From Octopus bimaculoides (Eukaryota), in NCBI RefSeq assembly GCF_001194135.2, contig NC_069005.1, positions 3,150,544-3,214,543 on the forward strand: a stretch of DNA of 64,000 nt. The letters run 5' to 3'. Below, piece after piece: positions 12,690-23,992 of the stretch; within the stretch, counting starts at the first letter, position 1; each line of letters begins with the position of its first letter. The notes under the pieces were generated by a model. It did no database searches, was not told where the DNA came from, and worked only from the letters and a program-made list of their open reading frames with translations. The position numbers and the translations under genes are program-made.

Positions 12690-13130
12690 TTATTAAAAGT
12701 ATTGTGCTTGATGTGAGAGTATAATGGATTTTCTAGCATAGCGTGTGACCTCATAGAGATCTCCTTCCTGTATATTGTCAACATATGTGCTCTCCTTATC
12801 AGGGTAAACTGTGAAACGTACGTCAATTAGAATGAGATTTAAAACTCTTTGTGGAGATGCTGCTGGACTACTGAAGCTACATTTCTGGAAAATTCTGGTA
12901 AATATTGTATAGCAGATTGCATAGCAGATGAAGTGATGCAATACAACGTTATCCTGATCCCAGACACTCATCAGTGAGCCATCTACAATATTTGATTTCT
13001 ATGTCATTTCGAATGTCCTTTAAAACACTTCCTGAAAGGCTGTCGAACTACTAAACTACTGTACCGAAATTTCCAGAGAGTTCCCTCACGGTGTCTTTAA
13101 GTGAAATAACCAGACGTAGAATTATTCTGC
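12690..13130 (-). pseudogene. Highly decayed RTE-type reverse transcriptase fragment
   Basis: Frameshifted motifs in RT order: FYVWLFHLK/DTVRE/TLWKF (LY..FIDL.KAFDTVSRE.LW), VDGSL, GIR/VL..F (GV.QGCVL.P.LF), TLIR/E.YVDN (LIRELLYADD). Alignment by eye only. Confidence 0.5.
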
Positions 13131-14784
13131 TTTACGATATAGATCAATTAAAGTTATGCAATAGTAGATAAGAAATAATACATTTCCTGGAAGTGTTGCT
13201 TAGCAGTCACAGATTGCCTTCCAGAAAAGTCTACTGTGTTGTCTCTGGCAGACGGGCAAATTGAAGTAATAGAAACTCTAAATGTTTAAAAACTTTATTT
13301 TTTAGTTTAGTGTTATGCTGGCCAAACTTAGATGTATGTTTTTTCCGTTACTGATTGATTTTCATTCAGTTCTCTCATTTACCTACCTCCAACAGATGTA
13401 TCATTTACCTTAATGTATTTTCTTATTATTACGGATGTAACTTAACTATAAGTTCTTCATGCGGAAGGGATCCCTAGGAAACTTTCCAATATCATTAAAT
13501 TACAATGTATTTTCATTAAATAAAAAAAATAATAAATAATAATAACAAAAACAAAAAAAAACATACAGAAACAGAAAATAATTACAAAATAAAATAATAA
13601 AAATGTAAATCTCAACTTGTACACTAGACTATTTACGCGTAACTTATGCAGAAAAGTGCAATATTTAATACCACACCCTCTTCCTTCCCCTCCACAACGG
13701 TATGGACTGATGTAACATTGTAGAATTAAATGTCCTACGCATAATTATAGTGAAGCGCTCTCGGGTCGATAAAATCAGTATCAGAGATGTAATGGAATCG
13801 AATCAAACAAATATACCCAACTAGACATACATATTTGGTTCGGTGCCAAAGTGAGAGTCCATTATTCTGATATCAAAGTTGGGCAGAAGGCCAATTACTC
13901 GATGGAACTAACCAAAAAAGACAGACGATTAAATCGACCGGGCGTATTACTGGTCGACTAAAATATTTGTACGTCTCCAAAGTTCTGAAAGTCAACTTTT
14001 GAAAGTTTTTGAACTCAGCGAAGAGAGCACATGTCAAATGCAATTATCTGCACAAATATAGGAGCGACCGTGTAGTCATTTGACCTGGTAGGGAAAAAAA
14101 AACAGAAAAACAAATAACAGTGAAATATTACTCAAAATACATTCAAGCGACGACACAGGATTATTTACAAATGCGTACAACGGAGAATGGTAAAGATAAA
14201 TTATATTTACGTCTCCGAAAGTTCTGGAAGTCGACTTTGGAAAGTGTTTGAAATGAGTGAGGAGAAAAAGTCCGAGAGATGAAGGTGGAGGGGGGGGGGA
14301 GAAATATATATAGAGAGAGAGGGGGGAAGAAAGATAGAGAGAGAGAGATAAAGATAAAGAGGGATGAGAGAGAGATAGAAATATGTACATAGAGAAAGGA
14401 GGGCGAGAGAAAAGAGAGCATGTCGATCTCAGTTATTTGGGCAAATATAGGAGTCTCAACATGGTCGATTCAACTACTAGAAATAGCAGCAAGATATCAG
14501 TCAATCTAAAGATCATTTACTATGGAGTGCACCAGAGTTGGAGCAACGGAGGCATTCCGTTATGGCTACATATTTGGAACATTCTGAAAAAAAAAAAAAT
14601 TACAGCATTTGAAGGAAAAGATCACTAACCACTTTAATTCTGTTGATGTTCTTATCGCATTTTCCAACATATTAGTCGACATAGTAAATATTGCAAACAT
14701 GCAGAGTAAGCATTTAAACATCGTGCTAACTTTTCAAATCAAACTGCATTTCACAAGGAATTTTTAGTCATCCAGTGCTGTCTT

Positions 14785-14863
14785 GGTGTATAAATCGACC
14801 TAATTATTTTTGGCTGTAAGTTTTTGTCTACAAAATTCGATTTGTATGCCGGAAAATACGGTA
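14785..14863. mobile_element. Single terminus of a pogo/Tc2-like non-autonomous element
   Basis: Ends ...tgccggaaaatacggta followed by TA (reverse complement taccgtattttccggc); subterminal tataaatcgac motif. Other end not found. Confidence 0.5.
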
Positions 14864-15643
14864 TATTTCAGGCCTTTGATAACAGGAGGCCTGAGACTTC
14901 CGCTGGTTTTATTATAAAAACGTTCCATTTTAAAGTGATATTATTTATCACTTTCCGTAGAACCTTCCCGTTAATCTTTGAAACACCAGATTTATTTTAC
15001 CAAATTCTTTATTATTTCAACATATTTATTGTAAGAAATATATTCATAAAACTCAACTTGTTAAATAATTTTGAATTCTCAAAACAGCTATTCATATTTC
15101 TTTATCAAAACTTAAAGCCTCATCACAAATTACGACGCGCCGATTGAGTACGTAAATTATGCTAATCGAATACACATACATTTTTACGTTAATCTTCAAC
15201 AAATTATTTTTATGTCAGCAAAGTTATGTAACTTATATGATACAACTACTGTATTGCCATCGTGGAAAGCGACGGAGGATGTACATCAATTTCATAAATA
15301 ATTAATACAGTTTTTTTTTTTTGCGTTTGTAATTCTAGGGGAGAAATGGGAGATTTATAATAACTTTCATGTTTCTTTTAATAAGATTAACTCCATCAGT
15401 GGAGTGAACTTTTATCGACCTCAAATCGAAACCACGTCGCACTCTAAACCACACTGGAATAAGTAACTTGTTCTTGCTGGTGTTGCTGTTATTGTTGTTG
15501 CTCCTGTTGTTGTTCTTCTTCTCTCTCTCTCTCACACACACAAAACACATATATACACATGCATACATGTTTGTCCATCTATCTATATTTATATTGATGA
15601 CTGACGACCTGCGACCAAAGGAAAATACTAACAATAACAACAG

Positions 15644-15710
<67 letters not shown>

Positions 15711-16072
15711 AGCTGCTGCTGTTGCATTTCCTTTTGTACGGAGCCATGGCTTTCCATTATTTTGGAATACAAAGACGTCTTATGAAATATTTCGATTTTA
15801 TTAATGTTGCCATTGTGAATGATAATCATGGCAGCGATGTTATTATTGATGATGATGATGATGATGCTGAACCCCCGGATTAGCTCTCATCAATTATACA
15901 CAAGGTTTATTAGTTAAAAGCGTTCTGGCCATGACCTCCACACTTATTTTAAGTGCAAATTTTCCGCACAATCAGATTATACAAACGGTTCTTAATTCTC
16001 TTCAAAACAAGTTGGCTTTGACGGGACGTTCTATTTTTGTCTGTCTTAATTATGCTTGGGGATTTAAGTTTC

Positions 16073-16152
16073 AGATTACGGCACAAATTTCGAGGAAGAG
16101 AAAGTCGATTACATCGACCCTAGTACGCAACTGGTACTTAATTTATCGACAC
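16073..16152 (-). mobile_element. SINE family A 3' fragment
   Basis: gtcgattacatcgaccctagtacgcaactggtacttaatttatcgac. Confidence 0.85.
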
Positions 16153-16194
16153 TAAAATACTTAGCTATATTGAGGAAACTAAGGGGATGGCGAG

Positions 16195-16390
16195 TGGACG
16201 GCGTAGCGTAATGGTCATTGTGTTGCACACATGATCGTAAGATTGTGTTCTCTAATCTTGGATCAGCCGATGCGTTGTGTTCTTGAGCAAAACATATTCA
16301 TTTCATACTGTTCTACTTCACTCAGCTGGCAAAAATGTATAATCATGCAACGGGCCAGCGTTCACACTCCCTCCAGCGGATAGAAGATAT
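16195..16390 (+). mobile_element. SINE family C variant 5' part
   Basis: gcgttgtgttcttgagcaaaaca..cactcagctggcaaaaatg, CORE-like. Confidence 0.75.
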
Positions 16391-16740
16391 TCGGCACTAA
16401 ATCCAGAAAATCGGACTTGTTAGTCGCTGGATCGAGAAGGTCCTTTCACTCCAGCTCACCACCACCACCAGAACCACCACCACCACCACCACCACCACCA
16501 NNNNNNNNNNNNNNNNNNNNNNNNNNNNNNNNNNNNNNNNNNNNNNNNNNNNNNNNNNNNNNNNNNNNNNNNNNNNNNNNNNNNNNNNNNNNNNNNNNNN
16601 NNNNNNNNNNNNNNNNNNNNNNNNNNNNNNNNNNNNNNNNNNNNNNNNNNNNNNNNNNNNNNNNNNNNNNNNNNNNNNNNNNNNNNNNNNNNNNNNNNNN
16701 NNNNNNNNNNNNNNNNNNNNNNNNATAATGACATACATGC

Positions 16741-17116
16741 TGCCTAAATGGAATCTTAAGAAATTAGGCTCCTCAAATCCGGAAAGGAGAAAGCTGATTT
16801 GTAGACTACAGATCCGATCCATCACCGGAACAGTAAAAATCTGTGAAACTTTCCACAAGTTTAGCATTTAAATATATATGAGCATATATGCATATATGCA
16901 ACTATACGCATGAGAAGACATACATAAAACAAAGCATACACATCTGCACATACACATGCATACATACATGCATACATGCATACATACATACATACATACA
17001 TACATACATGCATACATACCCTGTAGTTGATGTTGAAATTTGAATGAAGGTGACTTGGGTCTAGGTTAGAAACCGGCTCTTTCTCTATTGGCAAGAAATT
17101 TTGAAATTGAACGACG
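16741..17116 (+). mobile_element. 5'-truncated R4/Dong-like LINE 3' end, copy 2, with 3' UTR
   Basis: 16752-16871 encodes NLKKLGSSNPERRKLICRLQIRSITGTVKICETFHKFSI*. Followed by a UTR shared with copy 1 (tatatatgagcat..tatgcaa.tata.gca), a CATA array and a unique tail. Confidence 0.7.
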
Positions 17117-17149
17117 ACATAAATCTATACGTGCGTGTGCAAGTGTTTT

Positions 17150-18279
17150 CAAGTGTCTGTGTGTGTGTGTGTGTGTACGTGTGTGTGTGTTTGTGTGTGC
17201 GTGTTCACAAATGGACAAACAACATTCATAGTTTGAGATAAACATATGTATTGAGAACCACACACACATACGCGCACGTATGCACACACAGATACACACA
17301 TACGCACACACGCAAACACACACAGACATATATACAAACCCAAAATCACAGACAGGCACACATAACAAATATACAATTATTAACTTTAGAATTATGCCAT
17401 AATCACAAGTATGGAATTTCATCGTCGCTCATATATAGGTCACACACATACAAACACACACGCATACACACATACACACACACACACACACACAAACACA
17501 CGCATATCTAGATACTTGCATAGGCAAGCATTGATTATATGAGATAAACATGTTTATATTGCCAGTTATATATACACACAAATTTAAAACATTAAAGTTA
17601 TGGTGCAAAAACAAATACATACATTCATACCATCACACACACACACATACACACACACACGAACACACACACACACACACACATGTACACATACACGCAC
17701 ATAAACACTCTCACACACACACACATATACACATACACGCACATAAACACTCTCACACACACACAATCACACTAAAATGAACGGCCATGCACCCGCTTAC
17801 AATTACACACACGGACACATGAACACGCACACAAAAAGAAATACGAGAGGATGAATACACACATTTACGCGCACGAATAGAAATCCAGGCTCAACAAGTA
17901 GCAACAGCAACAACAACAACAACAAAAACACACAGACACACACGCTCACATACAAGGATACGTGCTTATACACATGCAGGCATTTCATGTTTCACTGACG
18001 TTGACAAACATTCTCCATCTATCTGCTAGTCTGTCTGTCTGTCTGTCTGTCTGCCTGCCTGCCTGTCTCTTTTTTCTTTATTTCCCACTCTCTATTCTCC
18101 CATTCTCTCTCTCTCTCTGTCTCTGTCTCTCTCTCTCTCTCTGCCCGGCACAAAATCACGAATGAAAACACACGACCAACAAGGGAGAAACACATACACA
18201 CACGTACAAACAAAAGTAAACACACATAGGCACAGAGAGACACGCATACACATATATACACAACCACTCACCTCAACTG

Positions 18280-18337
<58 letters not shown>

Positions 18338-18716
18338 ACACACACACGCACAGAGGCACCCACAAACAAACACACACATACAGAAACACACACACACACA
18401 CACACACACGTACAGAAGTGCACACAAACACATACATACAAACATGCACACATTTACTGACAAGTATGTCACACGTGGTACACAAACGAGAACACCGGGT
18501 GAAATGCTTAGCGGTATTTCGTATGTCTTTATGTTCTGAGTTCAAATTCTGCCGAGGTCCCCTTTGCTTTTCACCCTTTCGGGGTCGATAAATTAAGTAC
18601 CAGTTTCCAACTAGGGTCGATCTAATCGACTGGCCCCGTTCCCTCAAAATTTCGGACATTGTGCCTAGAGTAGTAAAGTATACAAAAACAAGCTCTCTCT
18701 CGCATACAAATACAGG

Positions 18717-18793
<77 letters not shown>

Positions 18794-19389
18794 ACAGACA
18801 CCCAAACACGCACATATAAGCACAGGTGTGTGGAAATACACTGACAATGTGTCACACATACGAGCGATCTCTCTCGCGCACACACAAACACACACAAAAA
18901 TACCCACAGATATGCACACACACACGCAGATAGATACACGCACATACATATACAGACACAGACATACACACACACTGAAACACAGGCACACACACACACA
19001 GACGCGCACATACACATACACAGAAACACACACGCACAAACATACACTTACAGAAAGAGAGAGGGAGGCACACATACAGACACACGCAGGCAGACACACA
19101 CACACACGAACAGACACACACCCACGCACACACACAAACACGCACACGCACACACAAACATACACTTCAAGAAAGAGAGACACACGTAAAGACACACGCA
19201 CGCAGACACACACATGCACACACGCATACACACAAACTTATACTTACAGAAAGAGAGAAACACACATAGACAGACACATGCTCGCGCACACACACACATA
19301 AATTTATACTTACAGAAAGTAGAATCATATAGACAGACACGCATACACACATACACACTGATACACACACACACGCACACTCACACGCG

Positions 19390-19423
<34 letters not shown>

Positions 19424-19430
19424 GCACACG
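17150..19430. repeat. Long degenerate (CA)n/(CT)n low-complexity field interrupted by a SINE
   Basis: Seen directly. Confidence 0.92.
18487..18678 (+). mobile_element. SINE family A
   Basis: Core gagttcaaattctgccgagg..ctttcggggtcgataaattaagtaccag and tail. Confidence 0.9.
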
Positions 19431-19786
19431 TACAGTTTGATTCTAACCAGTCTGTGTGTTAAGTAGATATGTCGAGTGGCAAAAGTATTAAATTCAATAA
19501 AAATATATAAAAAAAGGCCTAAATAAATAACAAAAAATAATATAAATAAAAAGATCTAGAACATTCCCATTTAAGTAAGAGCCTAGCTTCAAAGTAGGAG
19601 TCTATGGAAAGTGGGTAGGGGTCAGATGGGTACTTGGTCTATTTTAGATGTGGGAACCATTACAAGCGGGTTCACATGATCCCAAACCTCCCTCTAATGC
19701 TTTTAGCATATACGAGAGAGATTTGGTTAATCCAGTTGCAGCAACCACCTGTACTACCACCAACGCCATCGTTGGCTTCTATCAAC

Positions 19787-20830
19787 ACTGCCACCACCAT
19801 CACCATCATCACCATCATCACCATCATCATCATTATCATCCTAATCATCATCCTCATCGTCATCATCATCCTCATCGTCATCATCATCATCATCGTCATC
19901 ATCATCATCATCATTACCAACATCACCATCATCAATATTCTTATCATCATTATCATCACCATCATCATCAATATTCTCATCGTCATCATCGTCATCATCA
20001 TCACCATCATCATCGTCATCATCATCCTAATCGTCATCCTCATCGTCATCGTCATCGTCATCATCATCATCATCTTCACCTTAATCGTCACCATCGTCTC
20101 CACCGCCATCATCATCGCCTCTATTATTACCAACAACACTATGCCCCACGATATCACAACGACCTCCACCACCAACACCACTACCTCCACCACTATCACA
20201 AATATCTCCATCACCGATACCATTACCACAGCCGCCGCCGCCGACGCCGCCGCCACCGCCGCCGCCACCACCGACGCCACCACCGCCGCCACCACAACTA
20301 TTGACGCCACAACTATTGACGCCACCACCAACATAACCACCACTAATTCTAATAACAAGAGCAACAAGTTCATCATCACAACTACTATCACCACCACCAT
20401 CACTACCACTACCTCCACCACTATCACTACCATCATCATCATCATCATCATCATCATCACCATCACTACCTCTACCATTACCATACTATCGTCACCACCA
20501 CTACCACCACCACCATTATCATCACCATTACTAGCCTTTCAAACATCACCTCACCACCTTCAGCAGCATCACCATATCATCACCACCGCCATAACCATCA
20601 TCATCATCACCACCACCACAACCGCCTCCATAACCATCATCACCATCACCACCATAACACGTCACCATCACCACCACCACAACCACTAACAATCATCATC
20701 TCTCCCATCTTCACAATCATTACTACCGCCATCAGCAGCACCGTCACCACCAACCCCCTACCACAACCATCACCACGACCGCCACTGCCACCAACACCAG
20801 CACCATCATTACCACCAACACCACTACCAT
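19787..20830. repeat. About 1-kb compound trinucleotide array (CAT/CAC/CGT/GCC/AAC)
   Basis: Seen directly; it accounts for the poly-His, poly-Ile/Thr and poly-Met ORFs. Confidence 0.95.
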
Positions 20831-20980
20831 AATACGACTTTCTTAACTAACTAGCGTATCGCCAATGATTTTTTGAATTGGAAGAAATGGTAGCTAAGAC
20901 ACTCTCACACCTACCGCCTCAAGAGTAAAAAGGAGACGAAACGTCGGTGAATTTTTATCCTGTTTTCCCTTGACTTACAG

Positions 20981-20998
20981 CATGACGAAATGGTCACG
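20981..20998 (+). CDS. Candidate 18-nt microexon (HDEMVT if phase 0)
   Basis: ttttatcctgttttcccttgacttacag|CATGACGAAATGGTCACG|gtaaga: pyrimidine tract, branch-like ttgac, strong donor, length a multiple of 3. Splice signals only. Confidence 0.3.
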
Positions 20999-21354
20999 GT
21001 AAGAATACCTCTGAGTATAAATCTCCTCGACCTGGGGCTAAACTAACAGCAAACAGCGACAACGGCTACAAAACACTCAATCTAAGGAAGGAAAGAAACC
21101 TGGGGAAGCCCACATTAAAAAAACACACGTACACAACACACACACACAAGGATACATTATTAAGTTAAGTTCAGAGATATTTTGTAGATTGTAGCGTAAA
21201 AAAAACACAGAAAAATATGTCTCTAATCATTTTGTTCGACGCATCAACTATTCTGTAAGGGTTCCGGTTCTATATGCAGCACAGAGCAACCGATTTAGCT
21301 TTGCAACAACAACAACTAAAAGTACTGAAAATGATTCCGGTGATGATAAAAAGG

Positions 21355-21370
21355 ATGATGATGATGATGA

Positions 21371-21412
<42 letters not shown>

Positions 21413-21506
21413 TGATGACGACGACGACGATGATGATGATGACGATGATAATGGTGACGATGATGATGTTGACGACGACGACGACGACGATGATGATGAT
21501 GATGAT
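21355..21506. repeat. (GAT)n/(GAC)n compound microsatellite
   Basis: Seen directly. Confidence 0.97.
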
Positions 21507-22113
21507 GTTATCATTTCTAACTGGAGGTCATTATCCGTTATACGTATTTCCGCGTGTTACGTAAGTCTAGTCCAGTTGAGAGAGGGAGAATTGACTGCTA
21601 TTTTTAGTATTTCAATGAACCATGTAAGTACACCTGATGCTGAGGATGTTAATAGCGATCATAATGGTTTTTATTTATGCAATGGGAATATTCGGGGTGT
21701 GGGGAGGCGGCAGACATATTCTCCGAACAGGAAACGTTTGTATCTGGAGCTATATAGCATAATCGATACCAATAAGTAAAATAAATAAATAAATAAGTGT
21801 ATAAATGAAAGTAAAACAAAACCTATCGATCCTGAGGTTTGATTTGTTTTATTGACCGGATTGAACGATCAAACGAAAAGTCCATCCCCTGTAGGATTTG
21901 AACGCAAAACCAGGGGGAAAAAAACTATACAGCGTTTGCCACTTAGCCTGGCACTCTACCGTCCCAGTCGACCGATTGCAGCACCAGCAACAGTAGTAGC
22001 AGTATTATTATTATTATTAGTAGTAGTAGAAGTAGTAGTAGTAGTAGCAGCAGCAGCGTCTCCTCATCTAGTCCAATAGTACAAAGCGAAAAGTTAGATG
22101 GAAAGAACATATC

Positions 22114-22329
22114 CTTTTCTACTCTAGGCGTAAGTCCCGAATTTTGTGGGGAGGGAGCGAGACGATTAGATCGACCCCAGTAGGCAAGTAGTTCTTAATT
22201 TATCGATCCCGAAAGGATGAAAGGCCAAAATGATCTCGGTGGGATTTGAACTCGGAACGTAAACAAATACGAAATACCGCTAAACATTTCGCCCGACGTG
22301 CTAACGATTCTACCATCTCGCCGCCTTAT
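22114..22329 (-). mobile_element. SINE family A, full length, with 16-bp target-site duplication
   Basis: tRNA-like head (ggcggcgagatggtagaatcgttagcac; B-box-like gagttcaaatc), central cctttcatcctttcgggatcgataaattaag. TSD atggaaagaacatatc at 22098-22113 and 22330-22345. Confidence 0.92.
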
Positions 22330-22877
22330 ATGGAAAGAACATATCGAACCGGCCGGTCACACATACAGATAGACATATACACACACATACATACATACAC
22401 TTATATTTGCCTACCTTCCAACGTGCCAACCTGTACACCGACTGACCTATCTCCGTACTTACTTACCTACATACATCATACATACATATATACATACATG
22501 CAGTCTTACATGCGAATATCCATTCATACATACACATATACGAAATGATGTCATAGACACTTGTATACTTCAAGCGAAACGCACGTCCTCCACACACACA
22601 TGTAAGCTATCTATGAGCAGAACACACATATAAACACACACACACACACACACACAGACACACAGACAGACACACATACACACAGACACACAGACACGCA
22701 CAAACATACACCAACCAATTCAGACGGCCGCAAATCCCCAGCACTTAATAAAACAAAGGAACCTTCCTACTTGGTTTGTGGCCAGCTTCAATTATCCAAA
22801 TGAAAAAAATAAATCCTAAAGAAAATACACACACACACACACACACACAAACACACACAAACACACACACGGTTGTA

Positions 22878-22937
<60 letters not shown>

Positions 22938-23032
22938 GCGTCAAACTAATACACCTGTCTTGTTCCCTCACCTGCCTTCATCTTTTGTTTTCTGTAAATT
23001 TAAACGATATATATATAATATAGATTAGGTGC

Positions 23033-23263
23033 AAAAGTAGGTATACAGTTATGAGAAAAAGAAAAAAATCACGTACAATATTCATTTATTTTTCATCAAA
23101 AAAATTAAAAGTTTCGATAAAAGTATTATTATAGTTTTCATAAATGCACTTCTGTGATGAATGACAGTTAAAATATTAAAACTGAAGCAAACTTCTAAAT
23201 TTTTTGATAAAAATAAATGAGTATTGCGCGTGATTTCTTTTTCATAACTGTATACCTACTTTT
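23033..23263. mobile_element. Fold-back MITE with about 75-80 bp inverted arms, related to the 34796 MITE
   Basis: 23033-23114 pairs with 23189-23263 (aaaagtaggtatacagttatg..aaaaagaaa..tcacg..caata.tcatt). Shares the aaaagtaggt(t/a)tacagttat motif with the 34796 MITE. Confidence 0.85.
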
Positions 23264-23277
23264 CCTCAACAGTGTCT

Positions 23278-23437
23278 GTGTCTTGTCACATTGTGTGTCA
23301 CGCTGAATCATCCTGAGAACTACCTTTAGAGTACTCATGACTGTGGAGTGCTCAGCCACTTGCATTTTAATTTAACGAGCTGGCTGTTCCGTTGGTAGGA
23401 TCAGCTGGAAGCCTCGTCGTCGCAACTGACGGAGTTT
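23278..23437 (+). mobile_element. SINE family C 3' half abutting the MITE
   Basis: cttgtcacattgtgtgtcacgctgaat..gtggagtgctcagccactt..ctcgtcgtcgcaactgacggag. Confidence 0.8.
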
Positions 23438-23687
23438 CAATCTTCTCCTTATATACGCGTAGATATATTTGTGAGTATATGATTATTGTTAGCAAGTTGT
23501 CCCGTCTGGAACAGGCAAAACTACCAAATAGAAAATACATGTGCTTATGTGTGTTTGCACCCGAACTCATTCATACACCTTACACACACCCGTACATATG
23601 CACAACCAAGGAAGCGGTACGGGTTGAAACGAAACAGTTTCTCCACATTCATACAAAAATTAATTACTATGTAATATTTATTTTAAA

Positions 23688-23992
23688 GTGGAGGCAAATG
23701 GCCTAGATGCTAGAGCAGCAGACACGCGCACCAGAGATTGCGTGATCGAATCTCAGACCGGGCGATATGTGTGTTTTTGAGCGAAGCACCTAAGCTCCAC
23801 GGGGTTCCGGCAGAAGGTAGTGGCAAACTTCTGCTGACTTTTTCGCCACAAATTTCTCTCACTCTTTCCTCCTACATTTAGCAGCCCACCTGAGACATAC
23901 CGGCGTCCCGTCCAGGTGGCGAACCTATACGCCAATGAAACCGGTAAACCGACCCTTATGAACCAGGCATGCCTCGAGAAGGAACAAACACA
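23688..23992 (+). mobile_element. SINE family C variant with a different tail
   Basis: Head as at 26873; tail cagcccacc..ccgtccaggtgg..gaaaccgg..ggcatgcctcgagaaggaacaaac. Confidence 0.75.

Noticed and set aside
14500-14586. Minus-strand exon 2 for the 31385 exon (t-rich cag acceptor; ECSKYVAITECLRCSNSGALH)
   Set aside because: Phase-compatible, but the donor is weak, it abuts a repeat and there is no homology support; cannot be linked without transcripts.
19648-20304. Poly-His ORF as a cephalopod histidine-rich beak or structural protein
   Set aside because: No signal peptide, no Gly/Ala-rich motifs, and both other long frames are equally open; explained by the CAT/CAC repeat.
21608-21623. 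16-nt microexon (tttttag|...|gtaagt)
   Set aside because: It lies within the dispersed ctgctattt repeat family and is not frame-preserving.
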